Below, piece after piece: positions 18,370 to 26,113 of a stretch of 64,000 nucleotides of DNA. Origin of the DNA: a virus. Numbering within the stretch: position 1 is the first letter of the stretch; each line of letters starts with the position of its first letter. The position numbers and the translations under genes were made by a program. The stretch covers positions 49,440 through 113,439 of IMG/VR virus record IMGVR_UViG_3300037419_001822; one strand, given 5' to 3'. The notes below the pieces were generated by a model that was given only the letters and a program-made list of their open reading frames with translations, was not told the origin of the DNA and made no database searches.

Positions 18370-18427
18370 CCGCTTTGGTCGGGCCCGACCACTCGGGCCC
18401 GCGCCATGGATGCCAGAGAGGCACCCT
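18366..18427 (+). repeat. 62-bp structured intergenic element, copy 2
   Basis: CTGAC..TTGGTC-[GGGCCCGA CCAC TCGGGCCC]-GCGCCATGGATGCCAGAGAGGCACCCT. Confidence 0.85.
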
Positions 18428-18450
18428 CACAGAGAGAGAGGCGCAGGACA

Positions 18451-19221
18451 ATGCTCAGCACACAAGCACTCGGAACGGAACTAGCTACCCGCGTCCGGTC
18501 CGCCGTCTCCGCCGTTGCCTTCCTCACTGGACAGAGCGAGGCGCACGCGGAAACGGAATTAGCGTCCCTCGCGGGTGTCGTCGTCAATCCTGTGCGACAG
18601 GACAGAATCGCACAGGCATATGACACCATGCCACGCATTCCCCACGGAATGCGTGAGCTGCGCGAGGCCTGCCACGCATGGACAGTGTTCGCTCTGGAGA
18701 TCCGCGCGCAATGGGATGCGCTGCACTCCCTCGGATTCTCGCTCACTGTCGAGTCATTCGACCCATATGCCGGACCGGCCGAAATGTTCGGCGACGTCGC
18801 CGACTACAGAATCCGCGTCCTGGCGACCGATGTGTGCGGAGAACATCCCTACCTATCGAATGAGGATAACGACCTATTCCGCGCCGTTCACGACATTCTG
18901 GGCCACGCTGCCACAGGACGCGGATTCGACAGGCACGGTGAGGAAGCCGCGTACCAATCGCACTGCCGCATGTTCTCACCCGTCGCGCGCCTCGCATTGG
19001 CAACGGAGACGCGCGGACAGAATGCCTCCCTGCACAGCAATGGTCGATTCCCTGTGCAACGTCTCGGCATCCTCCCCGGATGGGCCCGCGAGACGGACGC
19101 ACTCGCATTCGGCCTGCCGATCACATTCGACGACATGCGGGCCGAGGCAGCGGCACACCAGGACGCGCACACCTACGCACTCCGAGAGGGAATCGCACAG
19201 CGACCCTCTCAGAGCCTCTGA
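18451..19221 (+). CDS. Zincin-like metalloprotein (NDLFRAVHDxxGH / TETRGQN family)
   Basis: NDLFRAVHDILGH..GEEAAY..H..MFS..ATETRGQN motif seen in phage and polyvalent proteins. Confidence 0.7.
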   Translation: MLSTQALGTELATRVRSAVSAVAFLTGQSEAHAETELASLAGVVVNPVRQDRIAQAYDTMPRIPHGMRELREACHAWTVFALEIRAQWDALHSLGFSLTVESFDPYAGPAEMFGDVADYRIRVLATDVCGEHPYLSNEDNDLFRAVHDILGHAATGRGFDRHGEEAAYQSHCRMFSPVARLALATETRGQNASLHSNGRFPVQRLGILPGWARETDALAFGLPITFDDMRAEAAAHQDAHTYALREGIAQRPSQSL

Positions 19222-19247
19222 GAGACCACAGGAGACATCGCCATGAC
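19218..19247 (+). repeat. Stop-RBS-start junction repeat, copy 1 (copy 2 at 19458-19487)
   Basis: CTGAGAGACCACAGGAGACAT identical in both copies, 240 bp apart. Confidence 0.85.
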
Positions 19248-19461
19248 GTGCCGCACTCGCACTAGCGGGAACCGTGCCCACCGTTGCTCTCGGGCCCATT
19301 GGGAACTAGTCGAGTCATACCGGCTCTGGCGAGAGACCGAACTACTCGCGGCAGAGGCTGCCACGAATGGATATGAGACCGAACTAGCGGAGTACTGGCA
19401 GACACATACGCGGCCCACGTTCCGCGCCTACCTAATCGGAGTCGGGCGCACTGCCCGCTGA
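19243..19461 (+). CDS. Small hypothetical protein
   Basis: AGGAG RBS; flanked by junction repeats. Confidence 0.65.
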   Translation: MTCRTRTSGNRAHRCSRAHWELVESYRLWRETELLAAEAATNGYETELAEYWQTHTRPTFRAYLIGVGRTAR

Positions 19462-19482
19462 GAGACCACAGGAGACATTGTC

Positions 19483-20127
19483 ATGACTGACCTAGTGCCC
19501 AGTGCCCGGAACATCCTCTCCGTTTGGCACAGTGCCACTCCGGCCGATGTGAACGCGGGGAGGGAGTGGTACCGACGCGCACGCGCTTTCGCGGCAGAGC
19601 TAGATCCTGCCGACCCTGAGCGCGCGGCGGCCGTTATCGCTGTGCTCTCTCCGCAATTGTCCTGGCCGCGAAACGCACAGCATGCCCGGCACGCGTACGA
19701 ATTGCGGGCCGAGGGTGCGACCGTGGATGAGATCACAGCCGCACTGCCGATGCTCAAGCGCAATGCCCGGAAGGCGGCCGCAATTCTGTGGGGTGCCGAT
19801 CCGGACGCCGTCGTGAGTGGCCCTAAGGTCCGGGCATTCTGGCATTCCATCGCTCGGCCCGATGATGCCCGCTCCGTCGTCATCGATCGGCACGCCGTGG
19901 ATGTGTCACTCGGAATGGTCACCGATGACGCTACCCGCTCCCGTCTCATTGGGCGGAAGGGTGGATATGCCACCGTCGCCGATGCCTACATTCGTGCGGC
20001 CCGCATTCTGTCAGAACAACTCGGCGACACAATCACAGCAACAGAATTGCAAGGTGTGACGTGGACAGCATGGCGACACACTCACGCACTGGCATTCCAT
20101 GGCGACACTGAGAGGAAAGCAAACTGA
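19483..20127 (+). CDS. DUF7178-like protein, possible HhH-GPD/DNA-glycosylase fold
   Basis: G.EWY..AAVIAVLSPQLSWPRN..GPKVRAF..VVIDRHA..LQGVTW. Confidence 0.7.
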   Translation: MTDLVPSARNILSVWHSATPADVNAGREWYRRARAFAAELDPADPERAAAVIAVLSPQLSWPRNAQHARHAYELRAEGATVDEITAALPMLKRNARKAAAILWGADPDAVVSGPKVRAFWHSIARPDDARSVVIDRHAVDVSLGMVTDDATRSRLIGRKGGYATVADAYIRAARILSEQLGDTITATELQGVTWTAWRHTHALAFHGDTERKAN

Positions 20128-20537
20128 TGAGCACAATGGCAACGCTTGACGCTGCTATCCGTTTCGACGTGCTGCCCGCACTTGTGTCAGAGGGTGGATT
20201 CACATTCGACGTAGCGAGTGCGTCACTGGTCGGCATCGGCGAGAGGCGCGGATACGCTATCGCTATCCCTGACAGTGAGCGCATTCTAGGCAGTGAGGAC
20301 GTCACTACCGAGGATCTCGTATCAGCCATTGCTGATCTCATCATGGAATATGCCGACGCACTGAGCACTGGCGCAATGGTAGGTGGCTGGCACTCGACAG
20401 AGCGCAATGTGTATATGGTCGAGATCAGCGACGTGATCACATGTGATCGAACCAACGCTATTGCCATCGGTCGAATGAGAGGACAGGAAAGCGTATTCGA
20501 CCTGAGCAATGGTGAATGCGTGAGCTGCCGCACATAG
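20127..20537 (+). CDS. Phage protein with possible SAM-lyase-like motifs
   Basis: GGFTFD..GY..GGW..EIS..AIAIGRMRGQESVFDL. Confidence 0.55.
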   Translation: MSTMATLDAAIRFDVLPALVSEGGFTFDVASASLVGIGERRGYAIAIPDSERILGSEDVTTEDLVSAIADLIMEYADALSTGAMVGGWHSTERNVYMVEISDVITCDRTNAIAIGRMRGQESVFDLSNGECVSCRT

Positions 20538-20562
20538 CGGGCACAGCACATTCCCGACTAAT

Positions 20563-20597
20563 CGGGCCGCAACCTTAGGGTTGCGGCCCGCTTTGTT
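20563..20597 (+). terminator. Intrinsic terminator closing the island
   Basis: CGGGCCGCAACC-TTAG-GGTTGCGGCCCG then CTTTGTT. Confidence 0.85.
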
Positions 20598-20828
20598 GTG
20601 CCCAACGGAAACCATGCGTGCTCGGAACTAGATCGTGCGCTTCGTGCCAGCATGGTTGCGCAGACTGTCGAGTCTCAGCGCAGAACATGCGATTGCTGAG
20701 CCTGTGAGACGCGCTGAGCGACGATCGTAGGGTCACGGGTATAGACACACCAGCCTAGGATCTCCCGTCGGCAGAGAGGCACTGAGCGGGTCGACGTTGG
20801 GTCCTACTCCATTGCGCACAACTAAATA

Positions 20829-20900
20829 GGGGGGGGCCATCTAGAAGTTCAGACGATCGGGGGCCGCCGACTCCGCGCCGGTAGGCGAAATCCCTCCCCG
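20829..20900. other. Candidate cos/packaging-initiation region
   Basis: G8 run..GACTCCGCGCCGGTAGGCGAAATCCCTCCCC layout resembles 3'-cos regions of HK97-type phages; marks the compositional boundary. Confidence 0.35.
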
Positions 20901-20981
20901 GCGGTCTTGAGGGGGTTCGCGCGCGCGGTGTATGCGCGCGCGTATTGCGGCCTGTCGGCCCCCTGTCTAAACTGTTGATCT

Positions 20982-22088
20982 ATGGGGTCAAGCGTGTCCT
21001 GCGCTACGTGTGGTGAAGCGACGACCCGACGGATGTACTGCTCCGTCCAGTGCAACTCGAAGGCCAAGGCCGAGCGGCAAAAGCGGCCGTGCGCTGGTGG
21101 ATGCGGCCGGTTGGTCCACCGTCCTGGTCACGGCTCGTCGGGCGACGCGCCCCGTATGTGCAACCCCTGTCGCCGCGCCAGGCGCTGCTCGGAGCCAGGC
21201 TGTGCGGAGCGGCCCGAGGCCAGGGGGGTTTGTCGCCGCCACTACCATCTCGCCTGGAAGTCCCGCGCCTTCGGCAACCCCGAGTGCTCGGTAGTGGGCT
21301 GCTCTCGCGGCGCGCGCAGCCACGGCCTCTGTCAGGTCCATGCGATGCGGAAGCGGCGCGATGAGGGTTACGTCGACCCGCCGCGTACCCGGCTGGTCGA
21401 CAGAACGTGCAGGCGTTGCGACCTGGCGTTTAGGGGCTACTGCGGCACGAAGTACTGCTGGACCTGCCGATCGGCAGTACTGGCCGAGCGCAACCGTGCG
21501 AGCGCTCGCCCCGCGAAGACCGGGCCGTGCAGCCACTTCTCGATCAACGACTGCCGGGCGTGTGGCCGCCTCTTCGTTGACAAGGGTAAGCGTGGTCGAG
21601 TCGCATGCTCGGCCGAATGCCGTGGGCAATTGGCCCGGGACCGGGCGAATCGACAGCGCGTCTGCGCCGGTTGTGGGGTGCCGGTGCCGAAGGGGTCGTA
21701 TCAGCGTCGGTGTGAGCCTTGCCGGGTAGCCCGGCGCGAGGCGGTCCGCCGGGCGGCCTCGAAGGTGGCCGGGAAGCATCGCGCGCGGGCACGGCGCTTC
21801 GGGCGTCGCTACGAGCCCGGGTTGACCTGGCGGACGATCGCCAAGCGCGACGGGCTGCTCTGCTGGCTCTGCGGCCAGTGGACCGACCCCGATGACTTCG
21901 ACCTGGTCGAGGGGAGGGATCGGCGCAGCGCCGTCGCCTGCGGCCCGACCTACCCGACGCTCGATCACGTCGTCGCGCTGTCCCGGGGCGGTGATCACGT
22001 CGGCGACAATGTCCGCCTGGCCTGTCACGCCTGCAACGCACGGAAGGGCGATCGAGATCCGGCCGAGTACCTCACCTGCCTGGGATGA
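20982..22088 (+). CDS. HNH endonuclease with multiple N-terminal Zn-finger repeats
   Basis: RDGLLCWLCG..PTLDHVVALSRGGDH..NVRLACHACNARKG. Confidence 0.85.
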   Translation: MGSSVSCATCGEATTRRMYCSVQCNSKAKAERQKRPCAGGCGRLVHRPGHGSSGDAPRMCNPCRRARRCSEPGCAERPEARGVCRRHYHLAWKSRAFGNPECSVVGCSRGARSHGLCQVHAMRKRRDEGYVDPPRTRLVDRTCRRCDLAFRGYCGTKYCWTCRSAVLAERNRASARPAKTGPCSHFSINDCRACGRLFVDKGKRGRVACSAECRGQLARDRANRQRVCAGCGVPVPKGSYQRRCEPCRVARREAVRRAASKVAGKHRARARRFGRRYEPGLTWRTIAKRDGLLCWLCGQWTDPDDFDLVEGRDRRSAVACGPTYPTLDHVVALSRGGDHVGDNVRLACHACNARKGDRDPAEYLTCLG

Positions 22089-22317
22089 CATGGAGTTCGT
22101 GCAGCGGGGCTGGACGCCGTGACCGGATAGGATGGGCCGTGGTCCCCGCCAGGGCCATGGTCACCATCCTCAGTCGCAGCGGCCCCGGACTCGTCGCGCA
22201 GGAGCTGTCACTCCTGACGAGTCCGGGGCCGCTGTGTGCGTCGGTTACCCTGTCCGACCAGGTGTTCAGCCCGGGTTCAGCGTCGAACTCGACCGAGAAC
22301 GGCGCGCAGGGGAGTCC

Positions 22318-22503
22318 ATGAGGGCCACGGCGAGGCAAGTCCGCGAAATTCTGGGGATCGACGGCGCAACGCTGCGCAAGTGGGTGGAACGGGGTCACAT
22401 CCGCCGCTATGGGCGGAATTCCTACGACTGGGACGACGTGGTGGCGCGGGGGCTGCCGTTGGCTGCAGGGCGGCCGGATCCGGACGAGAACGAGGCCGCC
22501 TGA
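22318..22503 (+). CDS. MerR/Xis-like HTH DNA-binding protein
   Basis: GGGGAG RBS; ARQVREILGIDGATLRKWVERGHI..YDWDDV. Confidence 0.75.
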   Translation: MRATARQVREILGIDGATLRKWVERGHIRRYGRNSYDWDDVVARGLPLAAGRPDPDENEAA

Positions 22504-22566
22504 CGTCTCACGCGTCCATGCGCTTGCATAAACGCTTAAGACATGTCACGCTTTCCGACGGGACAC

Positions 22567-22768
22567 CTGTATCCATCTACGGGTGGTCGCCGACCACTGA
22601 CATCCCCCGCCGCTTGGGGTCCTGCCCGTGAAGCAGTAGATGCGGTACGGAGCGCCACCGTCCTCAAGGCGTACAGACACCCCGCCGACGCACCTTCGTC
22701 CCAGACGTCAACATGGACGCCGGGGGGAGCGCGAGGGTGCGCGGCCGGGGTTGACCCTGGGGGTGTCC
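22567..22768 (+). ncRNA. Putative structured late-operon leader (two multibranch domains)
   Basis: Manual pairing: CATCTAC/GTAGATG encloses three hairpins; GACACCCC/GGGGTGTC encloses a long hairpin and overlaps the RBS region. Confidence 0.4.
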
Positions 22769-22769
22769 C

Positions 22770-22982
22770 ATGTCTGCTCCAACCGCTCCGGCCCCGGTTC
22801 GCACGGTCGAGCAGATCGACCGGGAGCTGCAGGCCCTGGTGAAGGGCCGCTCGTCCAACCGGGCCAGCGTGCAGACGCTGATGGGCCGGATCGTGGAGTC
22901 CACCGGCCTGATCGACAAGCTGCTGGCCGAGCGGTCGACGCTGACCAACGCCTGCCCGCCCACCCTCGAAGGTCTCGCCTGA
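22770..22982 (+). CDS. Small coiled-coil protein
   Basis: Codon bias; first ORF after the leader. Confidence 0.6.
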   Translation: MSAPTAPAPVRTVEQIDRELQALVKGRSSNRASVQTLMGRIVESTGLIDKLLAERSTLTNACPPTLEGLA

Positions 22983-22984
22983 GC

Positions 22985-23275
22985 ATGGCCCACGTCGAAG
23001 GCACCCTCTGCCTGGTCAACACGCACGGCCCCTGGTTCCGCGTGCAGGGCCGCCACCTGGCCAAGCCCGGCCTGCGGGTCCGGCTCTCGCCGCAGGAGGG
23101 CGTCATCATCGACGCCGTCTTCGGCCGCCAGGTGTGGGTGACGCTGGGCTGGTACCCGCGCCACCTCGCCTGCCGTGAGGTGCGCGGTGTCGGCGGGCTG
23201 CCGTCGCTGCGGCACCGCTGCTGGGCGAAGAGCCTGCGGGCCCGCACGATCATCTTCCCGGCCGTCGCCTCATGA
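22985..23275 (+). CDS. Hypothetical protein
   Basis: ORF coupled to HNH gene. Confidence 0.55.
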   Translation: MAHVEGTLCLVNTHGPWFRVQGRHLAKPGLRVRLSPQEGVIIDAVFGRQVWVTLGWYPRHLACREVRGVGGLPSLRHRCWAKSLRARTIIFPAVAS

Positions 23276-23565
23276 CGACCCGCCCGGGTCGCAACACGGG
23301 CAACTGGCAGCGCCTGTCGAAGGCGTTCAAGGCCGACTGCACGCGCACTCGCAGGCCGTGCTGGCTGTGTTCGCAGCCGATCGACTACTCGCTGCCCTAC
23401 GACGACCCGGGCGCCTTCTCGATCGACCACTTCTACCCGGTGAGCACGCACCCGGATCTGGCCGAGGTTCCCGCGAACTTCCGGGCCAGCCACTTGGACT
23501 GCAACAAGCGACGGGGGAACCGTCCCCCGCGCCCGTCGCTGGGTGTGACGTCGTTCCGCTGGTAG
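23272..23565 (+). CDS. Small HNH endonuclease (HK97 gp74-like terminase cofactor)
   Basis: CWLCSQPIDY..SIDHFYP..NFRASHLDCNKRRG. Confidence 0.85.
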   Translation: MTTRPGRNTGNWQRLSKAFKADCTRTRRPCWLCSQPIDYSLPYDDPGAFSIDHFYPVSTHPDLAEVPANFRASHLDCNKRRGNRPPRPSLGVTSFRW

Positions 23566-23669
23566 CTGTTCCGCTCGACCCCTTTGACGTCCACCCGCGC
23601 TCAGTCCCTGGGAGGGGATCGCTGATGGACGTCCACGTTCCCCGAGGCACGACCGGCCGGGTCTGAGGC

Positions 23670-24863
23670 ATGAGCCTGGACGATGCGCTGCGCAAGCCGA
23701 CCCCGGGCCCGGTGCCCGACCGGCCGCCCTCGCCGCCCTCGACCGAGTTCCGCGTCGAGGGCACCTCGGCCGAGGTGCTGGTGAACAACGCCCGCAGCCG
23801 CTCCGACGCGGGCGGCGACGAGGTGCTGCGCGCCAACGGCCTGGACCCCGAGGAGTGGATCGCCACCGCGTTCCGCACGTCGGAGTGGACCATGCACGGC
23901 GGCGAGCAGGGCCTGTCGACGCGCTGGAACTTCACCCGCAAGCCCGACGAGCGGCCGTCCCCGCCGGGCCCGCCGCTGGATGACCTGTTCGCCGCCATCG
24001 AGCACCGGCCGGTGCCCGCCCGCTCGGTCGAGCACGGGTCGCACGGTTTCGTCGTCGCGCTGGGGGACATGCAGTTCGGCAAGATCGACGGCGACGGCGC
24101 GGCCGGAACCCTGGACCGGGTCCTGTACTGCCTGGACGCCGCGCGGGCCGCGCTGGACTCGTACCGGAACCGGTACGACATCGGCCACGTGCACCTGGGC
24201 TGGCTCGGTGACCACATCGAGGGCTTCCAGTCCCAGGGCGGCGCCAACGTGTGGCGCACCCCCTTGACCTTGAACGAGCAGATCCGGCTGACCCGCCGGG
24301 TCATGCTGCACGGGCTGCAGTTGTTCGCCGAGTCCGGCGTGCCGCTGATGAGCATGGCGGCCGTCCCCGGCAACCACGGGGAGACGACCCGCTTCGCCGG
24401 GCACGGCGTGACCCGCTACGACGACTCGCACGACACCGAGTCCTTGATCTCGGTGTCCGATGCTGCCGCGCTGGACCCGAACCGGTTCGGCCACTGCCGC
24501 TTCTACGTACCGGAGACCGACGAGCTGACCCTCGCCGTCGATGTCGCCGGGACGCGCATCGCGCACGCCCACGGCCACCAGTGGAAGACCAACCGCCACT
24601 GGGAGTGGTGGTCCGGCCAGGACTTCGGTCGCTCCCCGATCCGGGGGGCGCACATGCTGCTGTCCGGGCATCTGCACACGTTCCACGCCCACGCCGACGG
24701 CGGGCGCCTGTTCGTGCAGGTGCCGTCGCTGGAGGCGGAGTCGACGTGGTGGCGGCACAAGACCGGCACCGGCGGCGACCCGGGCCTGGTGGTCGCGGTG
24801 ACCAAGGACGGTGTGACGCCGGTCCTGGAGCAGATCCGCCCACCGATCCCGAGGAACTCATGA
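23670..24863 (+). CDS. Calcineurin-like metallophosphoesterase
   Basis: GDMQ, GDHIEG, PGNHGE, HGH, GHLH motifs. Confidence 0.85.
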   Translation: MSLDDALRKPTPGPVPDRPPSPPSTEFRVEGTSAEVLVNNARSRSDAGGDEVLRANGLDPEEWIATAFRTSEWTMHGGEQGLSTRWNFTRKPDERPSPPGPPLDDLFAAIEHRPVPARSVEHGSHGFVVALGDMQFGKIDGDGAAGTLDRVLYCLDAARAALDSYRNRYDIGHVHLGWLGDHIEGFQSQGGANVWRTPLTLNEQIRLTRRVMLHGLQLFAESGVPLMSMAAVPGNHGETTRFAGHGVTRYDDSHDTESLISVSDAAALDPNRFGHCRFYVPETDELTLAVDVAGTRIAHAHGHQWKTNRHWEWWSGQDFGRSPIRGAHMLLSGHLHTFHAHADGGRLFVQVPSLEAESTWWRHKTGTGGDPGLVVAVTKDGVTPVLEQIRPPIPRNS

Positions 24864-25054
24864 CCGTCGCCGCGCGTCTGCGCCTGTTCGTCGTCCTGCT
24901 GCTGGCCCTGGCCGTTGTCGCGGCCGGTGCCGTGTCCGCCGCCGCGCACCGGGCCGAGCAGCCGCAGGCGTCGGTCTGCTACTGGGTGCTGGCCACCAAC
25001 CCGTACCCGCACTGGGTCTGGTTCTGCAACAGCGGAGGCGGCGGCTCCTGGTGA
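24860..25054 (+). CDS. Small secreted peptide
   Basis: Signal peptide; CYWV..WVWFC. Confidence 0.5.
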   Translation: MTVAARLRLFVVLLLALAVVAAGAVSAAAHRAEQPQASVCYWVLATNPYPHWVWFCNSGGGGSW

Positions 25055-25716
25055 GAGCCGACACCGAGCCGATACCGGCCGTCCGCGTCCGCAGCCCAGA
25101 GCCCCCGCCGCGCCGGATGGGCGGCAAGGAGCGCGTCGGCATCGGCGTGCTGATCGCGCTCGGGTCGCTCGGTGTGGTCGCGATCGGGTTCGGCATCGCC
25201 CTGCGCCTGTCGCCGCCCCCGGCGGAGCACCCGGCCGCCCACTCGGCGGTCGCCGCGCCGGTCACCCATCCCACCGCGACGACCGTGCTGGCACCGCCGC
25301 CGGTGCAGACGACCTCGGCCCGCCGGGTCGCGCCGGACGTCAGCGCCACGCACCCCGGCGACCTGGACTGCAAGGACTTCCCGTTCCAGGAGGACGCCCA
25401 GGCGGTCCTCGACGGCAACCGGGCCGACCCCAACGGGCTCGACGCCGACCACAACGGTGTCGCCTGCGAGAACAACAAGCATCGGCCGACCACCCCGCCC
25501 CCGGCGCCGCCGGTCACCACCGCGCCGCCCGCGACGACCACGACGCAGGCCCCGCCGACCACGACCTCCCCGCCGCCGGTCACGACGACGTCGCAGCCGC
25601 CCGTGACCACGAGCCAGCCGCCGGTCACGACGACCAGCGCCCCGGCCACGACCACCTCGGCTCCGGCGACGACGACCACGGCCGCGCCGACAACCTCCGC
25701 CGGGGTGGGACACTAG
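25051..25716 (+). CDS. Membrane protein with Excalibur-like Ca-binding domain and Pro/Thr-rich tail
   Basis: TM helix; DLDCKDF..QEDAQ..DPNGLDADHNGVACE; PPVTTT repeats. Confidence 0.8.
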   Translation: MRADTEPIPAVRVRSPEPPPRRMGGKERVGIGVLIALGSLGVVAIGFGIALRLSPPPAEHPAAHSAVAAPVTHPTATTVLAPPPVQTTSARRVAPDVSATHPGDLDCKDFPFQEDAQAVLDGNRADPNGLDADHNGVACENNKHRPTTPPPAPPVTTAPPATTTTQAPPTTTSPPPVTTTSQPPVTTSQPPVTTTSAPATTTSAPATTTTAAPTTSAGVGH

Positions 25717-25789
25717 ACGCACGGATCGCTCGATAAGTCTTCTGGCGAGCCCGTTCAGACACACCCCCCCCACCGAAAGGCGCACCCAC

Positions 25790-26113
25790 ATGCGCGAAAT
25801 CGGCCTTACCGAGCTTGCCGTCAACGTCAAGGCGGGCGACCACTACTTCGTCAGCTTCCCCCGGCTGCTGGCCGAGGACGCCATCGTCCGGATCCGCGTC
25901 GGCGACAACCTGAACGACCCGGAGATGCCGGTGTGGGGCATGATGGCCCACCCCGATTGGCAGGACGTCGTCATCCCCTGGACGCCGGAGTTCACCGGCA
26001 AGCAGTCGCTGCTGCTGACCCGGGAGGCCGAGGAGCCGTGGCCCGGAGACGTCCGCCTGGAGGTCTGCGCGGCCCAGGGCGGCATGCTCGCCACCTCCTG
26101 GGTGTTCGCCTGA
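25790..26113 (+). CDS. Hypothetical protein
   Basis: GAAAGG RBS; coupled to glycosyltransferase. Confidence 0.65.
   Translation: MREIGLTELAVNVKAGDHYFVSFPRLLAEDAIVRIRVGDNLNDPEMPVWGMMAHPDWQDVVIPWTPEFTGKQSLLLTREAEEPWPGDVRLEVCAAQGGMLATSWVFA

Noticed and set aside
18079-18427. Integron attC sites
   Set aside because: No RYYYAAC/GTTRRRY boxes and no integron integrase
22590-22640. Hammerhead ribozyme or tRNA in the late leader
   Set aside because: No CTGATGA/GAAA core and no TTCGA T-loop
23585-23635. Hairpin GACGTCCA/TGGACGTC after the small HNH gene as a distinct ncRNA
   Set aside because: Single copy with no covariation support; could be an ordinary terminator or chance
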